DNA of 63,225 nt, counting the filler, from Lenisia limosa (lineage: Eukaryota > Protista > Breviatea): the NCBI GenBank assembly GCA_001655205.1. It is 13 parts of 13 records of this genome, joined end to end, with 100 filler letters (N's around TTAATTAATTAA, not from the genome) between each part and the next. Parts side by side here need not be neighbours in the genome. Positions count along the whole stretch, not along the records: positions 1 to 2,768 come from LPNZ01000192.1; positions 2,869 to 16,379 come from LPNZ01006520.1; positions 16,480 to 18,717 come from LPNZ01004960.1; positions 18,818 to 21,040 come from LPNZ01010498.1; 9 more parts are not named here. One strand, written 5' to 3'. The translations under genes were made by a program, and so were the position numbers. Shown piece after piece: positions 1 to 18,819 of the stretch; within the stretch, counting starts at the first letter, position 1, and each line of letters begins with the position of its first letter. Under the pieces are notes generated by a model, which had not been told where the DNA came from, did no database searches, and saw only the letters and a list, made by a program, of their open reading frames with translations.

Positions 1-420
1 AATTTGCGAATTACTGATCAATATGGACTCTTTACTACTTACTGGATTTATTTCTCCCAATCTAATATCATTCATTGTATCATCTAGTACCCATCCTTAA
101 ACACTCTTTTTATTTACTTAAACTCTATTATTATGAATTGTCTTGACAGTCAACTGACCCAATCCAGACCCCAGTCGCGCCCACCTCCCTCCCCAGGCAA
201 GCCACCAAGGAAACTGTAGGATCACTCAAGCTATATTATGAGTTATTAGGCAAATGATTGGGTGAATTAGTATGATACTATAATCCAAAATCTCTTATCA
301 ACGTGATGGTGTGGACGACTTCGGCCAGATACAACCTTGTTTTATTTCTCGCCGCTTATTGACGAATTGATACCGTCTTTTTTGGAATCTGAAGGGAGCC
401 TCTAATTGGCACTTCTCCAG

Positions 421-2547
421 GTCCGTGCTCACCAGCAGTTCGGGCGAGTCTCACCCTCTCACAGCCTCATCGTCTCTGAAAATACTCAAGGCCCCTGGTA
501 GACTGGATTGGGGGGTGGTGTGAAAAGTGAGACCTAGGGGAGAGGAATTTGAAAGCCTATGAAAATTTTAACTAATATTACCCCAATGATTGGTTAAATT
601 AATATTATACTATAATTCAATATCTCTTTTAAGCGTGATGATGTCGACAGCCATAATTTATTTCTCATTGATATATATATAATATTACCCCCTTTACGTT
701 TCCATTTTTAACTAAACAGTAGGGTGTCGTGCGATTAATTGCACGACACCCTACAAAACAGGATCATTTCATATCCCCAAATCGTGAATGTGTTTTTTTT
801 GAAAACAATAGAATGTTCTAACGAAATTGACATATTCTAGTGTCATATTTTCTTGCTCTAACAATATAGACATGTTCTCACGAATTGTTTTCTTGCTCTT
901 ACGATACAGACATGTTCGAGTCGAAGAACGAGGGCCTACGACCACTGCACGTAGCCCTCATGTTCCACAAATGGAAGGCTGCAGAGGCCCTTATCAGACT
1001 GGGTGTGACAATACCACTTTCGGACGTGGTCAATTTGGTGGGATCAAAGAATAGGTGTTTTGATTCTCATCTAGAGATGAGAAATAATATCATATATTTA
1101 ATAGAGGATCGGTCATTTTGGTTGAGGACCATACCGCTTTCGGGTAGGGCGGGTGTTTCAGAGTGATCGTCCTATTTATCTATGTATTCTTTTTTTTTTA
1201 TTGAAATAGCATACCTGAACAAGCATCACGATTTAGCCTTGGTATATTTTCTTTCTTATGAATATTTCTTGGATTTTTTTAAAAATATATCATAACATCT
1301 ATATTTATCTTACAATTCTTTCTTTGTTTTAAAAATAGCGCCCAAGCGTCATGATTTAGCCTTGGGAAGCGGCTGTTGTTGCTTCAAGTTCGTCGAATCT
1401 ACCCCGTCTTTGCACCCTGGCGGTTTCACATCTCAAAGGAAACGACTTGGTCCGTTTCGGGCATACCTTTATTGAGGGAAAGGAAATACACAAAACAAAT
1501 CTAAGAATACTTACACCGGGGTACCATTAAACACAATACCAAATTATATACTCCTGTGTCGCACGACACTGGTGATAGTGCATTATTTTTGCGTTTTTAC
1601 ATTTATTTGGCAATTTTTGAGTTCAACTTACCATATTAGGCATGTTTCAAAGTCGGTCTCATTCAAGCTGCTCGGGTTGGGTCGTCAACTATTGCCCAGT
1701 TGCTGGTTTCCAGACTGACAAATCTCAACACCACTGCCAAAGTGCGTCATATTTTTTCTTTTGGGTTGTCTTTTGGTTTCTATTTTGGGTTCTATTTTGG
1801 TTCCTCCCCTTGAAAAGATGCTTTGTGCTTGTTCACCTGTTTTTTGACCTTGTCTTCCCTGTTATTAGCCTACGAAATCCTCTATGACCTTATCAAACTC
1901 ATTACTCGATTATCCAATATTTCTTATAAGCGTGTTGGTGTGGACGCCTTCGGCCAGATACAACCTTGTTATATTTCTCATCATAATGAACATGGTAGAA
2001 CGGGCGATCAGCACTGCATCAAGCTGCTATGGCAGGCCACTCCGACATCTGCAAACTCATTATCAGCGGGGATTCTGACGCCAACCTCCAGGACAAGGTC
2101 TGACCCAAGTAACAGAAACGGTTTTCCTTGTTTTTATTTCTTGTTTATTTCTTGTTTTTGTTCTATTCGTCTTTTTCTTAGTTTTTCTTGCCTTTCATGT
2201 TTTACTTACCATATTAGGAAGGTAACACTGCGCTGCATGTGGCCGCCCAGGCCAAAAAGGGACAAAGTTTCACTGCTATCCTCGCGTGTCGCCCTGATTT
2301 CACCATCAAAAATAACGTGGGGTTTTTATGATAGTATATTACATTAACTATAAAAATACTACACATCTTATTTGATACTTATAGTAGATTTCTACTTAAA
2401 TTTCCTTCATTTTACCCCCCCCCCCCAGGCCGGACTTACTGCAATCGACCTGGCTCTTATGGCCGAACAGCTGCTTGCGCTTCTCGCTTCCGCGGCCGAA
2501 GAAGACCTTAGTTCAATGAACGATGACGATGGGGGAATGATGGGAAG
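421..2547 (+). CDS. Ankyrin-repeat protein, multi-exon, 5' partial
   Basis: GT-AG bounded exons translate to ankyrin consensus: ~1640-1741 ACFKVGLIQAARVGSSTIAQLLVSRLTNLNTTAK; ~1999-2097 NGRSALHQAAMAGHSDICKLIISGDSDANLQDK; ~2219 GNTALHVAAQAKKGQ; 2429+ AGLTAIDLALMAEQLL. Upstream exons at ~421-498 and ~1360-1450. Confidence 0.75.
885..1166 (+). CDS. Ankyrin-like ORF fragment (exon of the surrounding ANK gene or an inserted fragment)
   Basis: GLRPLHVALMFHKWKAAEALIRLG fits the ankyrin G-x-TPLH-A...A-LL-G pattern; a candidate acceptor (tacag) precedes it. Confidence 0.5.
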   Translation: MFSCSYDTDMFESKNEGLRPLHVALMFHKWKAAEALIRLGVTIPLSDVVNLVGSKNRCFDSHLEMRNNIIYLIEDRSFWLRTIPLSGRAGVSE

Positions 2548-2899
2548 GTGGGTGGATGGTGATGATGATGACGGTGATGGTGATGGTGATGGTGGTGGTG
2601 ATGATGATGAGTGTGGTTGTGTTGGAATTATGGGAAGGTAGGATTGATTAAGAAAGGTCAAAGGGAAAATGACAGCAACGTAAGCTGGAGTGATGGGATG
2701 CGCGGGGCTTTGTTTATTTTGTTGTTATCAACCCTTGTGTCTTGTCAGCCAACAGAGTTGATTTTGGGNNNNNNNNNNNNNNNNNNNNNNNNNNNNNNNN
2801 NNNNNNNNNNNNTTAATTAATTAANNNNNNNNNNNNNNNNNNNNNNNNNNNNNNNNNNNNNNNNNNNNAGAGAAACCCAATAGAAAACTCAGGAAAGCC

Positions 2900-3790
2900 T
2901 CTCAGAGTCCTAAATCAGTGAATAAGCTACTGACATTAGCGTTTCGACAGAAACTAAGCAGTTGCCTGCATGAATGAGTTGTTTGATGTGATGTTTGTAT
3001 GGTATTACCCCCGTACCTGGTGCACTTTTCCCTTCCAAACAAATAGCACAATTACCAATAATGGAGTTTTGAAGTTGACCATTTTGTGAAGTCCCTAACT
3101 TCACAGTTTGATAGCTATCTTCAACTACTCGTTATTGCACTGTCTTCAAACACAACACCCACAGCTCTGTGTTCCACTCAGGGCTGTAGAATGTGCCCTG
3201 GTACAAGTGTCCTCAGGAGGGTCTCCGCTGCCTTTATCCTCTCCTATTCGATAAACACATCAGAGGCGTAACAGTCGTCTCCACCAACCGTTGCAATGAA
3301 CTCTGATGTGTATTGCTGGTACAACAGCTTTGAAATGTGTGAAACAATAAAAACGCAGATTGAGGAACAGCAAAACTCTAAATGTTAACTTTTAAATTAT
3401 ATCAGTCACATCGTCTTTACCATAATTTTTGTTCCTCGAAGAAGGTTGTGTACTATGATTTGGTGAATGGTTATTATACTTTCAAAAATATCCCTTCTAA
3501 AAGTTTTATTTTTTTAAAAAAAATGTTGATGAAGTGGATAATAGAAATACAATAAAAAGCAATCGCTCACTTAAAAATAAAAAAAGGGAAGAAGTTCAAA
3601 AAAAAATAAATTTTGAACTTATTATAAAAAATCAATCGCGCCCTAATTTGGGTGTCATGTCTGTCACATTGATTTCGCCCTTGGGCCCGGGTACTGTATA
3701 AAAGAGGGTACGGTGTACGGTGGTGAACTTCACCCCCATGTTCTGCAAGAAGATACCCTTGTTGGTTGTTGCAAACAAGCCAAAACTACA
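2900..3790 (-). CDS. Unidentified multi-exon gene (candidate exons only)
   Basis: AG/GT-bounded open segments, e.g. FATTNKGIFLQNMGVKFTT, QYTSEFIAT, ERIKAAETLLRTL; no family recognised. Confidence 0.3.
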
Positions 3791-4093
3791 GTTATTGTGT
3801 CACAACAATATCATCATTAAAAAGGAAAATAATAGGTCAATTAACGCATTGAGATTGGCCCAGCAGTTCCCACCCAAACACTTCCTTTTTCAAGTGAGTC
3901 ACTACTGAACGCCTACGGCTCTTGTTGGTTTCTTGTAGTGTTTTCAATTTCGTTTTTTACACCGTAGTATATTCCAGAGATTATTTTTGCATTTTAGCAG
4001 AAGAAAAGGTAGTGTGCCAACCGCTCTTTTTTATCCTGATCAACTACCTGTCATTTGTAACAGTTCAGCCCTTCACCTGGCCGGTAGACTAAA

Positions 4094-5813
4094 ATGAGCT
4101 CCCCACGGACCAGTGGAGGAAGTAACACTGAAACTGGTATGGGTTGGGTTACTCTGTTATGTGGTATTGTTATGAACACCTTGAAAGGCTGTGCTCCAAT
4201 TGGGATTTAACCTCCCTCTTAGAGGTGTATTCCAAAGTTCGTGAGGTGATTCGTGGAGCTCTTGATAAAGAAAGATGTCTTTCAGAAGCAGATGTTTGGG
4301 GCGGGGGGGGGGGGNNNNNNNNNNNNNNNNNNNNNNNNNNNNNNNNNNNNNNNNNNNNNNNNNNNNNNNNNNNNNNNNNNNNNNNNNNNNNNNNNNNNNN
4401 NNNNNNNNNNNNNNNNNNNNNNNNNNNNNNNNNNNNNNNNNNNNNNNNNNNNNNNNNNNNNNNNNTACCTTATCTTGTTTTCTTTGCATAATGTCTCTCT
4501 TATTCGGTTGCATCCCTTTGCCGTTATAACGGTTTCAGCGTCGTCATCCCCCCAAGCCACACCACTCAGCCTCTCAGTCCGAATTGCATCCGCCTCCACC
4601 TTCCTCAACCACTTGACACCAACATCTTCGGGCTCTGTGGTTGGAATGGGCTGTTTGGGGTGGGGACAGTAGATCCACAGAATTGCAGTTATTGTCTTCG
4701 TGCAGATTCAGTTGAGTCCTTTATCAGCCATTTTCTTTAGTGTTGCTTCTTATCTACTCTTTCTAACACTCAAGCCCTACCTTGGCCTCCATATTCATTT
4801 TGACGGGGAGCGACGGATATCGGAGCCAACACTAGCCGCACTTGACCCGTCGTTTTCGTCCACACGGTTTGCCGGGATTACAGTATTAGTTGCTGACAGT
4901 GAACAGAACTGTTTTCATGAAGCTGTATTCAAATAGGGGTGGTAATATCCAGTTCCCTAGTATCCTGAGATCCCAGGCCTTTTGTCTTCAATGTGGCATC
5001 AGCTGCTGAATCCCACGCCCTCTTGTCCCCATTGTCATCCCCGGTCCTTACCCCCACTACTTTACTCAGACTCAATTGCCCCCTGACTGTGATGGTATCC
5101 TCTTTGTAAGCAAATTATTCTTGTTACATGGTCTCCCATTGCGATATAACTTCATTTTAACCCTAGGCCGAACAATCACACCCGAGTTGGTGAGCTAATT
5201 GGAAGAGCGACAGTGGACTGGCGGCTTGCAATGGTATGGAGAGGCATAGAAAGTTATTACAAGATCAGGTGAAGGCATGGTTAGTTGTATTTTATGATTG
5301 TACGTTATACCCCTGAGGCTTGTAGATGAATCTGGGTGGTATAGCGGTTTAGATAGCTACTGAATGTCTCGATAAATCCCAATAAATATCGATATACAGT
5401 CTTTTTTGGACCGAAAGGAATAGCTCAATGTGTTTTGATTACTGTTTCAGGCCAATGAGAGTGGCGAAACAACCATCCCCGTTGAGTTGAAGGGAATGAG
5501 ACAAGAGGCGGCAATGACTGTTGGAATTGTTAATGTAAGCAAGTGCAATGATGATAGATAATATTCGCTTCATACTGATACTCAAACATCCACACGTACA
5601 AGAGCTGTTATGCAACAATATAAGTCCAAATGCTATGATTTTGATAAAGGAAAATAGCGTTAGAATTGGATGCTCAATACTCTAGCTCTCAATAAAGCTG
5701 TCTCCTTGGACTGACATTGTCTCAAAGAAGCAGCTTGATGAACAGGTTGGATGGGTTACAATACGAAACCCATAACAGACGCCTGTACGTTGTGTGCGTG
5801 CGTGCGTGTGTGT

Positions 5814-5848
<35 letters not shown>

Positions 5849-8569
5849 CGTGGGTGTAGGTAGGTAGTGGTTATGGAATTAATTGTTAACGATGCAAGGT
5901 AGCCAATTGACCACTATTAGATTGCGTATGAGGACTCAAGACAGTCCGAAGGAAACCGGCTGTTCTTCCTTTATGCTCGACAATGGTGGAAGGAATACTT
6001 GGGGTTGGTCGGGAATGATGAGGGCTTCCCTTCAGTCTCAAATAATACGATAAATCCTCGATAAATATCAATATTTACCAGTCTTTTTCGGACCGAAGGG
6101 AAGCCCTAATTATGATCCACAAAGCTAATTTTCATCAAATGATTCTCATGATAAGAAGAGAATACTTGGATTTTCTGAGATTTATTTCTGACGCGCTTAG
6201 AGCGTCCCCGCTCCACGCGACTCGTCTTGTGAAGGTGAGAGGGTCCCAGGGGGCTCAGATTGTTTTTGCTACTTTGGATGGGGAAACAGTCGATTTTCGA
6301 GGAAAGCATTTATTGTGCCAACTCATTTTACATAGGTCTTTGCTCTTTCAGAGTCAGGCATAAACGTTCCTACGCCTGCTTTGATAACTCCGATCAGGTA
6401 CGCTTATCATATTCCTTTCTTGACTACCATCCTATCTGATCTCATTTAAATAATAGAAAGTGAGTGGGTTGTTTTCTCACTCTCAGGGCGGAAGGACTGA
6501 TTGATACTCCCCGTGAAGCCGCTCGATTTGTATCTCTCATCCCAACCTCATATTTCACGCATGACGTTGGAGACGGGTAAGCTAGGGAATCTTGTGTCCT
6601 CATATCTCTATGTCAACATAGAGCTGGAAAATGTTTTTTCTCATTTGTTGAGTATCAACCGTTTTTCCAATTCTAAAATGGTAGTGTAATAATGATTCAG
6701 TTCGGACGTTTGGCTCTCGCCCTCTGCGTTTTTGACCCAGGGACAAGGGGACGCGGCTGCACATGCTCTTCTTCTTTCATCTCTTTTTGAGGGCTTCGGA
6801 CTCCGTTCCTTCGTATCCGTCGGAACTGTGGGCGGGCTTGAGACGACACATTGCAGAAGATGTGATAGCATTTTTGAATTTTTTTGTGTTACATCACAAT
6901 TGGAGAAAAAGATGCACAGTCCCTGAGAAGAACGGTTTTACCAGAGACAACCATGATATTTCAGACTCACACCGGGCCTCATGTTTGGGTCACTGTTGTT
7001 GACACTTTCTCCGAGCCGCCATCGGCAACGTTCTGGGAGCCGACCACCGGGGCGCGGTAAGCGTGGTGGTCCATATTGTGTGGGGTTCATTTATTCATTT
7101 GTTTAGTTTTGAAGCTTCCAGCGACAAGCACTCTTACTACACTCTTGACTGCTTGATATCTTCCCAGCTCATTTTCGCAAACCTCCAGAATGAAACTTTG
7201 GTATGATATTATGATACGCTGCTCTGTCAAATGCTTTAATTGCTTGTTACCGTTTTTTATTTCCACAGTCTCCCCTCTCCCATCTATTATCTAATCCCCC
7301 CCCCCCCCCNNNNNNNNNNNNNNNNNNNNNNNNNNNNNNNNNNNNNNNNNNNNNNNNNNNNNNNNNNNNNNNNNNNNNNNNNNNNNNNNNNNNNNNNNNN
7401 NNNNNNNNNNNNACTCTTTGAAGATCTTAGCAAGGTCCGTTGGGCATTATCTATTCGAGATGATTAAGAGGAGACGGGAGAAAAATATGTAGGTCATGAA
7501 CAGAACTTTGCTATTTTCATTAAATTATTTAGTGATATCATATTGTGATCCAATATCTCTGATAAGCGTGATGTTGTGGATTGTTTTATTTCTAATCTCT
7601 TCACATTTATCTAGAACACCGTCGCCTAAGCTGCTACCCCCCAGCGTTCCGACGGGAACGTCTGCTATGATAAAATCGGACCTAAAAGACTGGGTGGCAT
7701 CTCAACGAGAGAGGGCTGGAGTAAGATGATTATTTTCATGCTGTTACCAATACTACTTTTGGTAATGGCTGACACTTTAGATGACCACACGTTGGGATAA
7801 TGACCTTGGTTTCCTCTTTGTCCCCGCTTTGGCTGCGTATGAGGCTGAAAGGAAGGTTAGAAGTGGCAGCACGCATGATGTGATTGTGGTTGTGATTCTT
7901 CACAATAGTATAATCCATTGTATTCATGTTCTCATTTCTTTCTTTTGTATTCTACCGCATTTTAGCAATTGTAATGTCATACCTCCTTTGATTGACTATT
8001 TAGACTGGAAGTCAGGTGTCAATGAAAGAGTTCCAAATGGTTTGATCCCACATTATTTCTTTGAGTTTGAAAAAAAAAAAGAGGGGGGAGGGTGGACTAC
8101 TTCGGTCAGATGCCCTTTCCCATTTTCATCATTCCATCCATTTTTTGGTTTGTATTTACAGCAATAGGCCGTGAAACACGCGGTACCGGAATCATGGACG
8201 GTCAAAGTGGGCTACGAAGGACCTTTTCCTCCGTTTTGAGCGTTCAAATTGTTCTCTCAAATCCAATCAGTCCTCTGACAGCTCAGGGGTTTCCGCTCTG
8301 TTCGAACTCGTTTGACATTCCCTCAATCACGTCATCTTTTGCAGAATCTGAAGCTGGAAGAGACGTCATAATGTAGGCCATAGCCTATTGTTTTGAACTG
8401 ATCGATTACCTCAGAGAACCATATAATGCTACCCCCCCCCAGGGCCCAGGGAGACGGCACGCGGCATGCAGTGACCGTTCGCGTGTTCCCTTACCCTGAT
8501 GGCACATGCGCAGTCTGGACTCTCATTGCCACTGCGTATCTCCAGGTAAGCGTTCAAACTCCGTTGTAA
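4094..8569 (+). CDS. CEP76: Centrosomal protein CEP76 (C2 + transglutaminase-like domains), multi-exon
   Basis: Exons match CEP76 motifs: EVYSKVREVIRGALDKE; TTIPVELKGMRQEAAMTVGIVN; GLIDTPREAARFVSLIP; DVWLSPSAFLTQGQGDAAAHALLLSSLFEGFGLRSFVSVGT; TTRWDNDLGFLFVPALAAYEAERK; GDGTRHAVTVRVFPYPDGTCAVWTLIA. The stop position is tentative. Confidence 0.9.
5784..5846. repeat. (GT)n microsatellite; others at 23567-23660 (CA), 34382-34446 (GA), 58672-58780 (CA/CAGA), 2558-2610 (GAT/GGT)
   Basis: Visible dinucleotide and trinucleotide runs. Confidence 0.95.
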
Positions 8570-9395
8570 AAGGCTTTATTTTTCAACTAAAAAGCCATAA
8601 TCTGTAATTTTCTATCTTATTTACGTTAATGAATGGATGATTGCTTTCAAAATGCCATATTATGACAATTAATACTTTAGGTTGAATAGAAATGATGAGT
8701 ATTTTGTATTTTGTTTCAGGTTTCTTATGTGGTATGTATAATAAAATGTAAACTATCTTCTTACAAAGGATTACGGATTTAAGAAGATACCCTCCCCCCA
8801 AAAGCACCCAAATAAGTAAGAAATAAACACAACATTGTATTGGACTGACATCTGGACAATTAATCTCCTCTTGGGGTGTAGGAGTGGGGGGAAGTTTGGT
8901 AATCTGGAGAATGGGTGAAATGGAGAATGGTAAAGCGGGAAATGAGTTGCTGAGCGGGGGGGGGGGNNNNNNNNNNNNNNNNNNNNNNNNNNNNNNNNNN
9001 NNNNNNNNNNNNNNNNNNNNNNNNNNNNNNNNNNNNNNNNNNNNNNNNNNNNNNNNNNNGTATCTGGGCAGTAAAACGAAGAAAATTTCGACAAAGAATA
9101 TTTGAGTAACGTTAAAACTAGACAAAGATCAGAAGGGGGTGGGGGGTAAACTACTATTTTTGAATTCATAGGTAACACAGAGTATCAAGTAATCTCATCT
9201 CAAATCGACTGAAAAATGTACTGCTATTTTCATAACGAGATTGTATCCTTTTATCAAAATGAATAAAGACCAAACATATTTGAAAGTCAATTCATATAAT
9301 GGGTTACTTAGGCTACGTGTGGCAATGTGAAAAGCTTCAATTTATCATCAACATTATACTGGTCCTTCACTTATACCCCTTTTCCCCGAACCAAT

Positions 9396-10285
9396 TTAAA
9401 CCTCGTCTTCAGGAAGAATCATATTGGGGATGCCATTGGCAATGGGATACTCCGCAGCACAGTTAGGGCACGTCAGAGAACCCTCAGTGATCTCAACCTA
9501 CGGAGAGTGAGGGTAAACGTGTTAAAAGATTGAGGCATAGAAAATATCTAAACTTAGTCCGATATAGGCATAATGCCCGTTTACATAGCTTCCTGGAGCT
9601 CTTCATAAATTGGTATTAAAATAGATTGAGCAACGATGAGTGGCAATTCAGAACTGGGAAAAGAGAGATACAAAAGGTACCAGGCCATAAAAACAACAAC
9701 TATTTCTTCGGATTCTTTATATACAGTATCGACTTTTTTGAAGACGCGATAAAAACGAACTATAAAACAAACAAAAACGAAATCCACCCCTAAATTCCAG
9801 AGTTTTTGTTTCAAGCATTGGTGAGAACAAGCAAAATGCCCACATTCATCAAAATACTGAAAAGAGCATTGCAGAACATCTCATCTTGGCTCCAGTTTTC
9901 AGGAATAGTCTCAGGGATACCAGCCATGTTGAGCTACAAGATCATGAAAGGATATGTGTGGTGAACATGACAGCTAGGAGAAGGATGAAGTAAATATCCT
10001 TCAATTAAGCATCAAAAAAGAACTATTCTATTAAAGATAGGAAGGATGGAAAAGAAAACCCCTCCTACATCTTTAGCAGCAGAAAGAATGCCAACCCATT
10101 CGATCTTCTCTACCATACGCTCCAGAAAAGCCATATTACATTCTTCAGCCTCCTAAAAAAGAGGATGAATTATCATAACTCAGCAAAACCTGTGTGATCT
10201 TGGAAGCAGTGATCTTCATTGGAAAAGAAGTGTTCATGCACGCCTTCTTGGGACAAATTAGCATATTGTGGGTAAGAAGCTTCAT
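9396..10285 (-). CDS. TRM112: Trm112 methyltransferase activator, 4 exons, complete
   Basis: [32 protein letters not shown] | [28 protein letters not shown] | [30 protein letters not shown] | [33 protein letters not shown]. Confidence 0.95.
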
Positions 10286-10674
10286 TTCCGTTAAGCTATA
10301 ATAAAATCTGTCAGAATAAAGAGTTTTTTTTTTTTTTTTTTTANNNNNNNNNNNNNNNNNNNNNNNNNNNNNNNNNNNNNNNNNNNNNNNNNNNNNNNNN
10401 NNNNNNNNNNNNNGGGTCAATTTTGTAACTCAAGTTTATGTCATATAAATGTACATAATTCATACAGTCTTGGATAAAAAGAAAGTAGCTTCCTAATAAG
10501 GCAAGTTATGTACAACTGTATTCACACAATACTAAGAAAATCATAAACTAGACGCAACGGCGACGCTTGAAACTAAATTGTCAAAGAAGAAGAGTCCTCA
10601 GTTAATTGAAAATAAAAACGTGGGATTCTCAATGTTCACCCTTCGTTAATATTTAGGAACTACAAAAACACTTG

Positions 10675-14034
<3,360 letters not shown>

Positions 14035-14611
14035 ATTTCGTTATGACACAAAATTGAATAATAAAAGCGAAGTCAAAGTGGAGCAAAAAAGCAAAAAAAG
14101 ATGGACTAATAAATATCGAATAATATCGGAAATTATCGAAAAATCAGCCCCGGGGCCCTTCCGGAAGACTTTGCCGAAATGCGATATTTATGTGGAACAA
14201 CATGACGGCTGTCCTACAGACTGAAAAGGAAGTCTACTAGGGACCGTCCGGTGTACAGAGAACCTGAGCACAGCTGAGCCCGGGGCGCGCCGGATCTCAT
14301 GATATAAGGAAACTAACCTAATTTTCCGAGAATACACCCGCCGGCGTCCAGGGAATTGCTGCTCACTCTCTCTCCTTTCACTATATATCAAACACCAAAA
14401 CATATATTATAATATTTTTTATGATAATTAAGAGACAAAAACAACAAGTCACAATTGCCTCCTCAAACATAGTTAGAGCAGAGTAAACAGCCCCTCGTCT
14501 AGGACTACAGGTGAACTGGTTTGTGTTTTATGAATAATTTTTTGTGAGAAAGTCAGAACGAACGAACAGCACTCTTGGTCACCCTTATTTCTCACTCTGA
14601 CATAGACTAAT

Positions 14612-16379
<1,768 letters not shown>

Positions 16380-16601
16380 NNNNNNNNNNNNNNNNNNNNN
16401 NNNNNNNNNNNNNNNNNNNNNNNTTAATTAATTAANNNNNNNNNNNNNNNNNNNNNNNNNNNNNNNNNNNNNNNNNNNNTAGATTAACACCCCCAAATAC
16501 TACTCTCTCCCCTCATAATTGTACCTCTTTCACTCTACTTTTCAATTCTTCAAGTCTCCATCTCTAACTTTTAAAGATTTATCCCCCCTCTCCCATCTCA
16601 C

Positions 16602-18460
16602 AATCGTGCTTTCCACACTCTCCTTGACGCTGAAGAACATGGAGCCCAATTCTGCAAGCCATTCGCCGTTGACACTGAAGAAGGTAAATGGAAAGTATGT
16701 AAGGGAAGAGTGAATACGGACAACTTATGAAAAAACAAAAACCCTGTCACTTAGCTAGCACATGGGGGTTAAAACAAAACTCATTGATTGGGGATAATTG
16801 AAAAATCTATGAAACCAAAAAATGCCGAACCAACTCGCCCCCCCCCCCNNNNNNNNNNNNNNNNNNNNNNNNNNNNNNNNNNNNNNNNNNNNNNNNNNNN
16901 NNNNNNNNNNNNNNNNNNNNNNNNNNNNNNNNNATACACCACGTAATCCGGACAATGTCCCATGCTGAAGGCGGTCAGAATAAGCTCGAAAAAGGAGGTT
17001 AGAAAACAAACAAGGTTGTATCAATGATGCTGAAAGGGGGGATAGAAGACACTACTTTGGGTTATTGAATTGTGTTAGAAAACAGTCAACAAAGAGCACT
17101 ACCCATATTGAATATTGAAAGGGTTAGAAAGAAAACAAAGTAGTCTCAGGCTAAATATCATGTATGTATTATGTGGAGATGCGATACAAAACAAGGTAGC
17201 ATTCGGCCACAGCCGTCCACACCATCACACATGTGGGCGAGGCAAAGCCCCCAACTCACTTGTACAACGCGGACGTGGGATGAAGGTGGCACTGGAGCCC
17301 GGATCTCATATTGGTGTACTCTCCGACAGACTTCATCTTGGCACTGTTGTGGAAGTAGGCCGCGCAAATGCACTTTCTGAGGGGAGTAAAATTGGAAAAT
17401 TCATGAAACAGAAAAAGCCCAAAATCAACTCTGCTGGGTGGGTGGTTTTGTTGATCAATAAAAGCAGGCTCTATACAATTCAAGATGCTTCCCCGACATA
17501 GTCCGAATGTGTGTTTTGTGTTTATACCCCCTCACCCCCTCCCACCCAATGTCCAATACCCCTATATAGTAATACCCCAATGTCCAATACCCCTATATAG
17601 TAACACACCTATATACCCCTCACCTGATGGTATCGTAGTCGTTGCCTGAGGACACGACACGGACTTTCTGTTGCTTCATCAAGTCTACAAGCTGCAGGTA
17701 CACCTCACGTGCCTGGGGGGGGGGGGGGAGNNNNNNNNNNNNNNNNNNNNNNNNNNNNNNNNNNNNNNNNNNNNNNNNNNNNNNNNNNNNNNNNNNNNNN
17801 NNNNNNNNNNNNNNNNNNNNNNNNNNNNNNNNNNNNNNNNNNNNNNNNNNGAAAAGTGCCTCACTCCGGCGACGTAAAAAGAGACCCCCCCCCCACCTTC
17901 TTGAGGGACTTGCCATGGAGGAACTTCTCCTGGCACCAACTGAGCGAATAGTCCTGGCCCTTCCTACCAAAATGTCAGTTTTAAGACGAAACCAAAACGA
18001 AAGGTTTGGATATGAAAGAAACCAAACATGGGTTTAAAAGGAAGAGAAGGGTAATACACCAGGCAAAGATGTCAAGAAGAGTACCCCCCACCCACCAGGC
18101 ATGGAAGATGTCAAGAAGAGTGATGTGGTCACTTTCAGGATAGAGGAACAGTTCTCTCATACGATCCGCTTCCTCCTCACGCCCCTGATAAATGGGAGTC
18201 AAGCCCAGTTTAACTTAGAAGATAAATAAAATATTAGTAAGGCTTCCCTACGGCCCGAAGAAGACCTTTTAAATATCGTTAGTTAATCGAGGATTTATCG
18301 AGAAATTCAGTCTTTTTGGGACCGTAGGGAAGCCCTAGATATCATCAACACGACAGTAGGCCACTTTTTTGAACCTAAGAGAAGTACATACCTTGGGTCT
18401 GTAAAAGATATTGGGTACTGAAAGCATGGAAACGATAATGGCAATGTCGTCTGTGCATCC
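16602..18460 (-). CDS. DHX38: Pre-mRNA splicing DEAH helicase Prp16, C-terminal part, partial
   Basis: [22 protein letters not shown]; [24 protein letters not shown]; [14 protein letters not shown]; [15 protein letters not shown]; [39 protein letters not shown]; [10 protein letters not shown]; [18 protein letters not shown]. Confidence 0.93.
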
Positions 18461-18819
18461 CTAGGTCGTGAGAAGAATTCTTGTAGAAATGAGAAATAAA
18501 AAAGTATTTAGCCGAAACTTTCCACGCCTTCATATAGTATATATTATTTGATGAAAGGATATATCAATATTTATTACAATTAATCAAGCATGATCCTGTC
18601 ACATTTATGGGGAAAGTTAAGGGCTTATCTTATATCTTGCTGCTTGTTTGTTTGGAGTTTATTCGGTTCGTGATTAGTACCTTTACGCCAATATTCTTCA
18701 TCGAAATTTCCTTCGTTNNNNNNNNNNNNNNNNNNNNNNNNNNNNNNNNNNNNNNNNNNNNTTAATTAATTAANNNNNNNNNNNNNNNNNNNNNNNNNNN
18801 NNNNNNNNNNNNNNNNNTT

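Noticed and set aside
2813-2824. TTAATTAATTAA as a biological repeat or CRISPR-like direct repeat
   Set aside because: Always embedded in fixed-length N blocks; it is a six-frame-stop concatenation spacer.
3720-3800. KKIPLLVVANKPKL as a small-GTPase G4 motif; also a Rab-like reading at 3000-3330
   Set aside because: No P-loop or DxxG in frame, and the opposite strand gives better splice-bounded exons.
4144-4310. Initial reading as an IleRS C-terminus
   Set aside because: After splicing, the segment is the CEP76 N-terminus.
9581-9814. 77-aa ORF as a possible viral protein
   Set aside because: It lies wholly within a TRM112 intron and has no recognisable motif.
16600-16690. Plus-strand exon continuing USP47
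   Set aside because: Different contig; the minus strand encodes the conserved Prp16 GEWLAELG motif.
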